A stretch of DNA of 32,000 bases from Acidobacteria bacterium Mor1 (GTDB lineage Bacteria > Acidobacteriota > Polarisedimenticolia > Polarisedimenticolales > Polarisedimenticolaceae): assembly GCA_001664505.1 (NCBI GenBank), contig CP011806.1:4546332-4578331 (forward strand), written 5' to 3'. The position numbers were made by a program, and so were the translations under genes. Below are positions 8,194-16,463 of the stretch, piece after piece. Position 1 is the first letter of the stretch. Each line of letters begins with the position of its first letter. The notes beneath the pieces were generated by a model. It had not been told where the DNA came from. It saw nothing but the letters and a program-made list of their open reading frames with translations, and ran no database searches.

Positions 8194-8444
8194 CCGGCGC
8201 TCCCGCGGCGGTGAGCGGAACGCTCCACCGGTGGCTGCTTGCCGCCGGCCCAGCGCAGAAGCATCAGCGGCCACAGCGCGGCGACGCCGGGAAGGATCAT
8301 CACCCGGAAGCCCGGCTTGCTCCCCGGGGCCGCCGGGTCGACCCGGTTGACGCCGACCAGGACGAAGGCCACGGCGAACAGCAGGCCGATAGCGGCGTAG
8401 AGCACCAGCGCGTACGAGAACCAGAGAGCGATTTGTTCGAGCAT
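8190..8444 (-). CDS. Small 2-3 TM membrane protein (84 aa), gene 1 of the redox cassette
   Basis: ATG 8444 is preceded on the minus strand by AAGGAA. The hydrophobic product is MLEQIALWFSYALVLYAAIGLLFAVAFVLVG...ILPGVAALWPLMLL. Confidence 0.6.
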   Translation of the reverse strand: MLEQIALWFSYALVLYAAIGLLFAVAFVLVGVNRVDPAAPGSKPGFRVMILPGVAALWPLMLLRWAGGKQPPVERSAHRRGSAG

Positions 8445-8475
8445 GCTGATTCCTTGGCCTCCCGGGCTCGAGATG

Positions 8476-9171
8476 TTACCCGATTCGAGAACGTCGCCGG
8501 ACGCCCCACAGCACGGCGCCTGCGGTCGTCAGCGCCACCAGCAACAGCATGCCGGCGCCGTGAGAGGGGACCACGTGTCCCGCCTCGCCGAAGGGGCAGA
8601 TCAGGCGCCAGCAGGCATCGGCGAGCAGCGCCGCCGCCAGGCCGGCGAGGAGCCCTGCGCCGGCGGGCGCGGCGGGGAACCCCCGGGCCAGGATCAGTCC
8701 GGACCAGAGCGCGATCGGCAGGCCGAGGGCGAATTCGACGCCGAAGCAGAGGAAGCCCTCGGCGAGGCGTTTGTCCGCCGGCAGGCTCAAGGTCCCGGCC
8801 CGAGCGGTAAGGGTCATCGCGCATACGGCAATGAACACCGCCGAAGCGGTCAGCACCGAGATCCGTGCCGCCCGCAGTGCCGGCGCCGGGAGCGCGCCCC
8901 GCGCCGCACCGGCGAATAGCGGCAGGGCCATAGCGGCCTGGATCAGGGTCAAGCCCCAGAAGATCCACGGCCCGAGATCGGAGCGATCGGAACGGAGCCC
9001 CCAGCGGGAGGCCAGGACCGCGGCGCCCAGGCCCGCCAGGGCCAGCGCCCCCAGCAGCAGGGGAGCCAGCGGGCGCATCGGGGCCACCGGCTGCAGATCC
9101 TCGCGCAGCCGTTCGCGCAATGCGTCGAGCTCCGGCTTTCGATCATCGGCGGACACCCCCCGAGCGTACAC
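8476..9171 (-). CDS. NrsF-like (DUF1109 family) membrane anti-sigma factor candidate
   Basis: A short cytoplasmic N-terminus (...LRERLREDLQPVAP) is followed by about six TM helices. A Cys/His-containing segment (ADACWRLICPFGEAGHVVPSHG) lies near the C-terminus. This layout matches the anti-sigma partners of SigF-type ECF sigma factors. The start is GTG 9171 or GTG 9156. The gene ends 31 nt upstream of the next gene, which has its own SD. Confidence 0.5.
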   Translation of the reverse strand: MYARGVSADDRKPELDALRERLREDLQPVAPMRPLAPLLLGALALAGLGAAVLASRWGLRSDRSDLGPWIFWGLTLIQAAMALPLFAGAARGALPAPALRAARISVLTASAVFIAVCAMTLTARAGTLSLPADKRLAEGFLCFGVEFALGLPIALWSGLILARGFPAAPAGAGLLAGLAAALLADACWRLICPFGEAGHVVPSHGAGMLLLVALTTAGAVLWGVRRRSRIG

Positions 9172-9311
9172 CGATCCCGCTACGGGAAGCGCGGGATTCC
9201 AGCGCTTTTCGATCCCCGGGAATGAGCGAACGGGTCGCTCGGTTTACTGCACACGAACACGGCAGAGAACACGCCGGACGCCGGCGAGAAAAACGAATCG
9301 GAGGGAATAAA
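9172..9311. promoter_or_regulatory. Divergent control region between the nrsF-like operon (-) and doxX/ECF sigma (+)
   Basis: This is a 140-bp intergenic region between divergent starts. It contains hairpin ATCCCGC-N10-GCGGGAT (9174-9197), hairpin GAGCGA-N5-TCGCTC (9224-9240), and direct repeat GAACACGGC / GAACACGCC (9255-9263, 9267-9275). GGAAT pentamers face both directions (9219-9223 on +, 9200-9196 on -). I could not assign a promoter with confidence. Confidence 0.4.
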
Positions 9312-9728
9312 ATGAACCAGAAGACGATCAACATCACCAGTTGGGCACTGCGCATCGCCATCGCGGTCATCCTGCTTCAAACGCTGTTCTTCAAGTTCAC
9401 CGGCGCCCCCGAGTCGATCTACATCTTCGAGACCCTCGGCATGGAACCGTGGGGCCGCATCGGCAGCGGAATCGCCGAACTGATCGCCTCGGTGTTGCTG
9501 CTGGTTCCCCGGACCCGCATCTACGGTGTGTTGTTGTCCCTGGGCGTGATCGGCGGCGCCATCGTCAGCCACCTGACGACCCTCGGTATCGTCGTGCAGA
9601 ACGACGGCGGAACCCTGTTCGGTATGGCGCTCTTCATCTTCTTCGCCGATCTGGTTCTGTTGGCGCTGCACCGCTCGGAGCTCCCGGTGGTCGGCGCGCA
9701 CTTCGTGCCCTCTCATTCCCGCAGCTGA
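9312..9728 (+). CDS. DoxX family membrane protein
   Basis: ATG 9312 is preceded by GGAGGGA. The 138-aa, 4-TM product (...ILLQTLFFKFTGAPESIYIFETLGMEPWGRIGSGIAELIASVLLL...) is typical of the DoxX family. Confidence 0.75.
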   Translation: MNQKTINITSWALRIAIAVILLQTLFFKFTGAPESIYIFETLGMEPWGRIGSGIAELIASVLLLVPRTRIYGVLLSLGVIGGAIVSHLTTLGIVVQNDGGTLFGMALFIFFADLVLLALHRSELPVVGAHFVPSHSRS

Positions 9729-9769
9729 TTCCGGAACGAATCGCAAGGCTTCCGGAAGGAGGGGGAACG

Positions 9770-10327
9770 ATGAGCGACACGATCTGCGATCACCCGGTCG
9801 ATGAGCTCGAAGGGTTGATGCGCCGCTACCAGCAGGGAGATGCCGCGGCCTTCGACCGCATCTTCCGCTCGATGACCGGCACCCTGCGCGGCTACTTCCT
9901 GGCGCGGCGCCTGCTGCCCGAGAAGGCCGAGGACCTGGTGCAGGAGACCTTCCTGCAGATCCACCGGGCGCGGCACACCTATCAGCCCGGCCGGCCGGTG
10001 CGGCCCTGGTTCCTCGGAGTCGCCCGTCACGTCTATCTGATGGACCGCCGGGCGGCGGCTACCCTCAGCCGGCGCAACACCCAGCCCCTCGAGGGGGCAC
10101 CGGAGCCCGCGGTCGATCCGGCCCAGCTGAAGCTGGGCGATCGCCAGCGGGTCGGCCGCGCCGTATCCGGACTCAGCGAGGGAAACCGTCAGACGCTGCT
10201 GATGCACCACGTGTGGGGCATGAGCTTCAAGGAGGTCGCCACCGCGCTGGGGATTCGCGAGGGGGCGGCCAAGGTGCGCTCCCACCGTGCGCTGCGGGAT
10301 CTGCGTCTCGCGCTGGAGGAGAGCTGA
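9770..10327 (+). CDS. ECF (sigma-70 family, group 4) RNA polymerase sigma factor
   Basis: ATG 9770 is preceded by GGAAGGAGGGGG. Region 2 (AEDLVQETFLQIHRARHTY...RPWFLGVARHVYLMDRR) and region 4 (LSEGNRQTLLMHHVWGMSFKEVATALGIREGAAKVRSHRAL) are both recognisable. Confidence 0.85.
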   Translation: MSDTICDHPVDELEGLMRRYQQGDAAAFDRIFRSMTGTLRGYFLARRLLPEKAEDLVQETFLQIHRARHTYQPGRPVRPWFLGVARHVYLMDRRAAATLSRRNTQPLEGAPEPAVDPAQLKLGDRQRVGRAVSGLSEGNRQTLLMHHVWGMSFKEVATALGIREGAAKVRSHRALRDLRLALEES

Positions 10328-10385
10328 CCGCCGGTCGCCGGCTTCCCGCCGGCCGCTCATGAACCATCCGGGCTAGACTGCGGCG

Positions 10386-11423
10386 ATGGACGAGATCCCG
10401 ACCCGCCGCATCTACGCCGAGCGCCTCAACCGCGTCCTCGACTACATCGCCGCCAACCTCGAAGGGGATCTCTCCCTCGAGAGCCTGGCACAGGTCGCGT
10501 GTTTTTCGCCCTATCACTTCCACCGGCTGTTCAAGGGCGCCTTCGGCGAGACCGTCCACCAGCACGTGCAGCGCCAGCGCCTGGAACGATCCGCCCGGCT
10601 GCTCAAGTCGGCACCGGATCGCACCGCCACCGAAATCGCTCTCGAGGTCGGCTACCCCGGACTGTCTGAGTTCTCCCGGGCGTTCAAGAAACACTTCGGC
10701 ACCAGCCCCGGTGCGTGGGACCGGGTCACGCCGCTGCCGAACAGCAAGATCTGCCAAGCGCCGGAACCCTTCCCCCGGTACGATCCCGCCGAACTGGCCG
10801 AGATCGAGGCCAGGCAGGAGTTCCGGATTCGTATGAAGACCTTTCCCCGCAGCCGCTTCGCCTTCTTCAGGGTGCACGACGCCTACGGCAATCAGCGCCT
10901 GGTGGATGCCTACACCCAGTTGATTGCCTGGCTCGGCAGTCAGGGGTTGGGCTACCGGGACGTGGTGATCGCCGGGATGAGCCAGGACGACCCCGAGGTC
11001 ACGCCGCCGGAGAAGTGCCGCTACGACATGGGCGCCCTGTGGCCGCTGGACCTGGACCTCGAGTCCGCCGACCCGCTGGCCGACGCCGGTGTGCTGGGCG
11101 GGCTCTTGTCCGAGCGCGGTCCGGACGCCGCGGCATTGTCCCGCACGTCGCGGGCGGTCGAGGCCTGGCGCCCCGGGGGAACGCCCCTTGCCGAGGGGAT
11201 GTCTTTCCGTGATTTCGACGCCTGCCCCGCCGCCTGCATGTACCTGGGCGGCGCTCTCGATCTGTTCGACCGGGCCTATCAGTTCCTGTTCCGGCACTGG
11301 CTCCCCGAGAGCCGCTACATGCCGGCGGACCTACCCGGGATGGAACTCTTCCGCCGGGTGCCCGAGGAGATCGGCTGGGAGACCTTCGATATCGAGAGCG
11401 TGCTGCCGCTGGCGGCACCCTAG
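10386..11423 (+). CDS. AraC family transcriptional regulator with C-terminal GyrI-like effector-binding domain
   Basis: The N-terminal double HTH reads [25 protein letters not shown]...[31 protein letters not shown]. The C-terminal half ([18 protein letters not shown]...[18 protein letters not shown]) resembles a GyrI/Rob-type ligand domain. Confidence 0.8.
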   Translation: MDEIPTRRIYAERLNRVLDYIAANLEGDLSLESLAQVACFSPYHFHRLFKGAFGETVHQHVQRQRLERSARLLKSAPDRTATEIALEVGYPGLSEFSRAFKKHFGTSPGAWDRVTPLPNSKICQAPEPFPRYDPAELAEIEARQEFRIRMKTFPRSRFAFFRVHDAYGNQRLVDAYTQLIAWLGSQGLGYRDVVIAGMSQDDPEVTPPEKCRYDMGALWPLDLDLESADPLADAGVLGGLLSERGPDAAALSRTSRAVEAWRPGGTPLAEGMSFRDFDACPAACMYLGGALDLFDRAYQFLFRHWLPESRYMPADLPGMELFRRVPEEIGWETFDIESVLPLAAP

Positions 11424-11457
11424 ACCTGCCCCCCCAAGGGGGCACTGCGGAGAGATC

Positions 11458-11811
11458 ATGGAACTGGGTCAGTTTTCGGTGAGTTTGACGGTCAAGGATC
11501 TGCCCGCCTCGCGGGAGTTCTACAAGAAGCTCGGCTTCAGCGTGGTGACGCTGTCCCACGATCCCGAGGCGTTTCCCGGCTACGACGAGAGCTGGGTGAT
11601 CCTGGAGAACGGTCCGGTCAAGGTCGGCCTGTTCCAGGGGATGTTCGACAAGAACATGCTGACCTTCAACCCCACCGACGTGCGGTCGATTCAGGCCTCG
11701 CTCAAGGAGCAAGGGGTCGCCTTCATCAAAGAGGCCGAGCCCGGAGACGGACCGGCATCGGCGATGCTTCTTGACCCGGACGAGAACCCGATCCTGCTGG
11801 ATCAGCACTGA
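11458..11811 (+). CDS. VOC (glyoxalase/bleomycin-resistance/dioxygenase) family protein
   Basis: ATG 11458 is preceded by GGAGAG. The 117-aa product is [27 protein letters not shown]...[13 protein letters not shown], a typical single-domain VOC protein. Confidence 0.75.
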   Translation: MELGQFSVSLTVKDLPASREFYKKLGFSVVTLSHDPEAFPGYDESWVILENGPVKVGLFQGMFDKNMLTFNPTDVRSIQASLKEQGVAFIKEAEPGDGPASAMLLDPDENPILLDQH

Positions 11812-11821
11812 TCGATCGAGT

Positions 11822-12118
11822 TCAGGGCACCTGCTGATCGCTGAGGCAGCCGCCGCGCACCGGGGCCTTGGTGGTGCACTCGATGTTTTCCTTGCGGCCG
11901 GTGGCCAAGAGCGCGCAGGCGTTGTCGATGGCGGTGCGCATCGCCTCTTCCTTGGTGGCGCCCTGGGCCTCCCGGCACATCTCCCGGCCGCGGAAGGTGA
12001 CGCAGGCCTCGCAGGTCTCGCCGAACTGCTGGGAGGCGGCGATCACGATCAGGGCCACCGTGCCCAGGGCCAACAGGCCTCCGACGACGGCGATAGTGAT
12101 TCCGGCCTTCTTGGTCAC
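11822..12118 (-). CDS. Small membrane-anchored Cys-rich protein (98 aa), unknown function
   Basis: MTKKAGITIAVVGGLLALGTVALIVIAA is an N-terminal anchor or signal sequence. The following 70-aa domain has six Cys, including a CEAC pair. It is the only plausible ORF in this gap. Confidence 0.5.
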   Translation of the reverse strand: MTKKAGITIAVVGGLLALGTVALIVIAASQQFGETCEACVTFRGREMCREAQGATKEEAMRTAIDNACALLATGRKENIECTTKAPVRGGCLSDQQVP

Positions 12119-12216
12119 GTGCGGCTCCTTCCTGCGGGTCGCCTCATCCTAGCAGCCCCTCTCCGCCCACCTTCGCCGCCGGCCTCGGAGGGCAGGCCTC
12201 GCGATCGCCGCGATTT

Positions 12217-12225
12217 TGGTATCAT
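12217..12225 (+). promoter_or_regulatory. Candidate extended -10 promoter element (TGgTATCAT) upstream of the tricorn-like protease gene
   Basis: TGGTATCAT lies at 12217-12225, 42 nt upstream of ATG 12267. No convincing -35 is present. This rests on sequence pattern only. Confidence 0.3.
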
Positions 12226-12266
12226 GGCGCCCTCACAAATACAGCTATGGGGCGTTGGAGGTATCG

Positions 12267-15200
12267 ATGTCGGTGATGCGTCGGGGGCTCATCTGTCTGC
12301 TTCTCTGTCTGTTTGCCGTTTCGGCGGCGGCCCAGACCAAGTTGTTGCGCTTTCCGGATGTCCATGGCGACCAGGTGGTCTTCACCTACGCCGGCGATCT
12401 CTGGTTGGCCTCGACCTCGGGAGGCAGCGCGACCCGGCTGACGACCCACGACGGTGTCGAGCAGTTCGCCCGGTTCTCGCCCGACGGCAACTGGATCGCC
12501 TTCACCGGCCAGTACGACGGTGACGAGCAGGTCTACGTGATCCCGACCCGGGGCGGCGCGCCCCGGCAGCTGACCTTCTATCCCGCCTTCGGGCCGCTGC
12601 CCCCGCGCTGGGGCTCCGACAACCAGGTCTACGGCTGGTCTCCCGACGGCAAGAGCGTGCTGTTCCGTTCGATGCGGGGCGGCTTCGACCTGACCGACAC
12701 CCAGCTCTACACCGTGCCCGTCGACGGCGGCCTACCGGTCGCCTTGCCGATGCCGACCTCGGGCGCCGGCGAGTTTTCCCCCGACGGCAAGCAGGTGGTC
12801 TACAGCCCGCTGGTGCGGGACTTCCGCACCTGGAAGCGCTACGAAGGGGGCTGGGCGCAGAATCTGTTCATCTTCGACCTGAAGAAGAACACGGCGACCC
12901 AGATCACCGACGACAAGCGCACCGAGCGGGACCCGATGTGGATCGGCGACGCGATCTACTTCGCCTCGGATCGCGACGGCACCCTCAACCTCTATCGCTA
13001 CGCCACAGGTTCCGGCGAGGTCTCCCAGATCACCCGCAGCAAGAAGTGGGACGTGCGCTGGCCCTCCAGCGACAACAAGGGGCAGATCGTCTACGAAGAG
13101 GGGGGCGAGTTGCGCCTGCTCGATGTGAGCGCCGGCTCGGCCAGGCCCCGGCCGATCTCGATCTTCGTCCCCGACGACGGGATCAACCGCCGGCCGTCGC
13201 GGATCGACGTCTCCCGCTCCATCGCCGACTTCAGCCTGAGCCCCAAGGGGGAGCGGGCGCTGTTCACCGCCCGCGGCGACATCTTCACCGCTCCGATCGA
13301 GAACGGCCGTTCGCGCAACCTGACCCGCAGCTCCGGCGCTCATGACAAGGGGCCGGTCTGGTCCCCCGACGGTTCCCGGATCGCGTTCATCTCCGACCGC
13401 ACCGGCGAGGAGGAGATCTGGCTGATCGCTCAGGACGGTTCCGGCGAACCGACCCAGCTGACCCGGGGCGGGAACGCCATGCGCTACACCCCGGCCTGGG
13501 CGCCCGACGGCAAGCGGCTGGCCTTCAGCGACAAGGACGGCAAGATCTACGTCGTCGAGGTCGACGGCAAGAAGATGATGGAGGTTGCCGACGAGGAGCG
13601 CGGGCAGGTCCAGGACTACGTCTGGTCGCCCAACGGCGGCCACCTGGCCTTTACCCTGTCGGATCTCAACGGCTTCAACGCGATCTGGGTCTGGAGCGTC
13701 GAGAGCGGCAAGACCCGCCGAGTCACCGGCGAGTTGTTCAACGAGTACAACCCGGCCTGGGGTCCGAAGGGAGACTACCTCTTCTACCTGAGCGATCGTC
13801 AGTTCCAGCCGCAGATCGGTTCGATCGAGTGGAACTACGTGGTCGACCGGGAGACCGGGATCTACGCAGTGGCCCTGCGCGACGACGTCGAGCATCCGCT
13901 TCCGCCGCGCAACGACGAGGTCACCATCGACAAGAAAGACGACGATTCCGGCGACGCCGAGCCGGTCGATGAGGACGCAGACAAGGAGAAACAGGCCGAA
14001 GAGGAGGCCTACATCGAGATCGACTTCGACGGCATCGCCGACCGGGTCGCCCGCATGCCGGTCTCCGACGACAACCTGACCGGCCTGGCTGCCGGTGACG
14101 GGCTGCTGTTCTTCGTCCGTACCTCCCCCTTCTACTACGGCCGCGGCTCCGACCGTCCGCCGGCGCTTCAGGTGTTCTCGTTCAAGGATCGCAAGGTCAC
14201 GACCCTGGCGGATCCGATGGGCGGCTACGACCTGTCGATGGACCGCAAGAAGGTTCTGGTGCGCGAGGGGGGCGGCTTCAAGCTCTACGACGCCGGCCCC
14301 AAGGGTGAGGGCAAGGCGGTTCGCCCGGAGCTGGGTGTCGACCGGGTTCCCGCCGAGGAGTGGGCGCAGATCTTCGACGAGGTCTGGCGCCGCTTCCGGG
14401 ATTTCTTCTACGTCGAGAACATGCACGGCTACGACTGGGACGCCCTGCGTGGGCAGTACCGGCCGTTGCTCGAGCACGTGGCTCATCGCTCGGACCTCAA
14501 CTACGTGATCGGCGAGATGATCGCCGAACTCAACGTCTCCCACGCCTACATCTCCGGCGGGGACTACGACATTCCGGAACGGCCTTCGGCGGCGCTGCTG
14601 GGCGCGGCGATCGAGCTGGACCGCAAGTCCGGCCGCTACCGTTTCTCCCATGTCCACCGGGGGCACAACGAGGAGCCTCGCTACCGCTCGCCGCTGACCG
14701 AGATCGGCGTCGGCGTCGGCGCCGGACACTACCTGCTGGCCATCGAGGGGCAAGAACTCGGAGCCGGAGACAACCCCTACGAGATGCTGCGCCACCGCGG
14801 CGGCGAGGGGCTGGAGCTGACCGTCAACGACAAACCGACCCTCGAGGGCTCTCGCAAGGTGCGGATCGACCCGATCTCCGGGGAGCGCAGCCTGCGCTAC
14901 CTCGAGTGGGTCACCGCCAATCGTGAGAAGGTGTCCGAGGCCACCGGCGGCCGGGTCGGCTACCTGCATATTCCCGACATGGGCGCCAACGGCATCCGGG
15001 AGTTCATCAAGTACTACTACGGCCAGGTGCGCAAGGAAGGGCTGGTCGTCGACGTCCGGGGCAACGGAGGCGGCAACGTCTCCCAGATGATCATCGAGCG
15101 CCTCGGCCGGGACCTGCTGGGTACGCGCTTCATCCGCACCAGCGAGACTCCGGGCACCTATCCGAACACCGTGTTCCACGGCCACATGGTCTGCATTCTC

Positions 15201-15557
15201 GATGAGGATTCGGCATCGGATGGTGATATCTTCCCGTACCGGTTCCGGCAGGCCGGGCTCGGTCCGCTGATCGGCAAGCGCTCCTGGGGTGGGGTCATCG
15301 GCATCACCAACCGGGGCACGCTGATCGACGGCGGCACGGTCAACGTGCCGGAGTTCGGCACCAACGCTCCCGACGGCAGCTGGATCATCGAGGGCACCGG
15401 AGTCGAGCCCGATATCGAAGTCGACAATCCGCCGAGCGCGGTCCTGGCCGGCAAGGACCCCCAGCTCGAGCGGGCCATCGAGGAAGTACTTGCGGCGATG
15501 AAGCGTGAGCCGCGCACCATGCCCGATCGCCCCGCCGATCCGGTGCGGACCCGCTAG
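12267..15557 (+). CDS. Tricorn-type protease homolog (beta-propeller / PDZ / S41 peptidase), with signal peptide
   Basis: ATG 12267 is preceded by GGAGG. The signal peptide is MSVMRRGLICLLLCLFAVSAAAQ. The tricorn N-terminus is LLRFPDVHGDQVVFTYAGDLWLAS..GG.ATRLT. TolB-like repeats follow (FSPDGK.., WSPDGS.IAF, WAPDGKRLAF). The S41 core reads VGYLHIPDMG...LVVDVRGNGGGNVS...ILDEDSASDGD. Confidence 0.85.
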   Translation: MSVMRRGLICLLLCLFAVSAAAQTKLLRFPDVHGDQVVFTYAGDLWLASTSGGSATRLTTHDGVEQFARFSPDGNWIAFTGQYDGDEQVYVIPTRGGAPRQLTFYPAFGPLPPRWGSDNQVYGWSPDGKSVLFRSMRGGFDLTDTQLYTVPVDGGLPVALPMPTSGAGEFSPDGKQVVYSPLVRDFRTWKRYEGGWAQNLFIFDLKKNTATQITDDKRTERDPMWIGDAIYFASDRDGTLNLYRYATGSGEVSQITRSKKWDVRWPSSDNKGQIVYEEGGELRLLDVSAGSARPRPISIFVPDDGINRRPSRIDVSRSIADFSLSPKGERALFTARGDIFTAPIENGRSRNLTRSSGAHDKGPVWSPDGSRIAFISDRTGEEEIWLIAQDGSGEPTQLTRGGNAMRYTPAWAPDGKRLAFSDKDGKIYVVEVDGKKMMEVADEERGQVQDYVWSPNGGHLAFTLSDLNGFNAIWVWSVESGKTRRVTGELFNEYNPAWGPKGDYLFYLSDRQFQPQIGSIEWNYVVDRETGIYAVALRDDVEHPLPPRNDEVTIDKKDDDSGDAEPVDEDADKEKQAEEEAYIEIDFDGIADRVARMPVSDDNLTGLAAGDGLLFFVRTSPFYYGRGSDRPPALQVFSFKDRKVTTLADPMGGYDLSMDRKKVLVREGGGFKLYDAGPKGEGKAVRPELGVDRVPAEEWAQIFDEVWRRFRDFFYVENMHGYDWDALRGQYRPLLEHVAHRSDLNYVIGEMIAELNVSHAYISGGDYDIPERPSAALLGAAIELDRKSGRYRFSHVHRGHNEEPRYRSPLTEIGVGVGAGHYLLAIEGQELGAGDNPYEMLRHRGGEGLELTVNDKPTLEGSRKVRIDPISGERSLRYLEWVTANREKVSEATGGRVGYLHIPDMGANGIREFIKYYYGQVRKEGLVVDVRGNGGGNVSQMIIERLGRDLLGTRFIRTSETPGTYPNTVFHGHMVCILDEDSASDGDIFPYRFRQAGLGPLIGKRSWGGVIGITNRGTLIDGGTVNVPEFGTNAPDGSWIIEGTGVEPDIEVDNPPSAVLAGKDPQLERAIEEVLAAMKREPRTMPDRPADPVRTR

Positions 15558-15623
15558 ATCGATCGCCAGGTCATTTTCGGAGTTTCTTTGAGCGCCATCA
15601 CGGCAGGGAGTCGTCGAGTCACC

Positions 15624-16463
15624 ATGAAGAGTCAAATCGTCAAGGATCCCCACATCCTCTACGAGTGCAGCGTTCAGGACCCCGAATTCGATCTCGAGTT
15701 CTTCGCCAAGACCTTCAAGCGTCGCAACCGGCGTGCCCTGCGCACCCTGCGCGAGGATTTCTGCGGAACCGCGACCCTGGCCTGTCAGTGGGTCGGCCAG
15801 AACGCCGAGAACCGCGCGTGGGGAGTCGATCTGGACAAGCCGACCCTCGACTGGGGCCGGGAACACCATGTCTCACGCCTGGATGGTGCCGCCGAGCGGC
15901 TGGAGTTGATTCAGGGAGACGTGCTCACGACTCGCACCCCTCCCGCCGATATCGTCGCGGCGCTCAACTTCTCCTACTCGATCTTCACCACCCGCGACCA
16001 GTTGCGGAACTACTTCGCCCAGGTGCGCAAGTCCCTCAAGGGGGACGGCATGTTCTTCCTCGACGCTTTCGGCGGTAAGGACACCCCCGACGAGTGTCTG
16101 GAAAAGCGCAAGATCCCTGCGACCAAGTACAACGGCATCCGCGTGGCGCCGTTCACGTACATCTGGGAGCAGGAAAAGTTCAACATCATCGACAACCACA
16201 TCACCTGCCACATCAGCTTCAAGCTGAAGGACGGGACCAAGATCAAGCGCGCCTTCACCTACGACTGGCGCCTGTGGAGCCTGCCCGAACTACAGGAGCT
16301 GTTGCTCGAGGCGGGTTTCGCCGCCGCGGAAGTCTGGCTCGACGACTGGGACGAGGATGAAGGTGACGGCAACGGCATCTTCAAGAAGCGCAGGCACTAC
16401 GACAACCAGGAGGGGTGGGTCGGCTACGTGGTCGGTCTGATGGGAGCCCCTGCTCCTCGATGA
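15624..16463 (+). CDS. Class I SAM-dependent methyltransferase
   Basis: LREDFCGTATLACQWV (motif I-like), VAALNFSY and DGMFFLDAFGG fit a Rossmann-type methyltransferase. I placed the start at ATG 15624. TTG 15588, with GGAG 5 nt upstream, is an equally plausible alternative. Confidence 0.65.
   Translation: MKSQIVKDPHILYECSVQDPEFDLEFFAKTFKRRNRRALRTLREDFCGTATLACQWVGQNAENRAWGVDLDKPTLDWGREHHVSRLDGAAERLELIQGDVLTTRTPPADIVAALNFSYSIFTTRDQLRNYFAQVRKSLKGDGMFFLDAFGGKDTPDECLEKRKIPATKYNGIRVAPFTYIWEQEKFNIIDNHITCHISFKLKDGTKIKRAFTYDWRLWSLPELQELLLEAGFAAAEVWLDDWDEDEGDGNGIFKKRRHYDNQEGWVGYVVGLMGAPAPR

Noticed and set aside
8461-8472. Adjacent SmaI/XmaI (CCCGGG) and XhoI (CTCGAG) sites that resemble a cloning polylinker
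   Set aside because: Six-base GC-rich palindromes are expected frequently by chance at this base composition. The flanking sequence is ordinary intergenic sequence with a normal SD and start. There is no other sign of engineering.
12732-15869. 1045-aa ORF on the minus strand
   Set aside because: It lies antisense to the clearly recognisable tricorn-like protease. The translation is Arg/Gly/Asp/Val/Ala-rich low-information sequence, typical of stop-free antisense frames in GC-rich DNA. No motif is recognisable.
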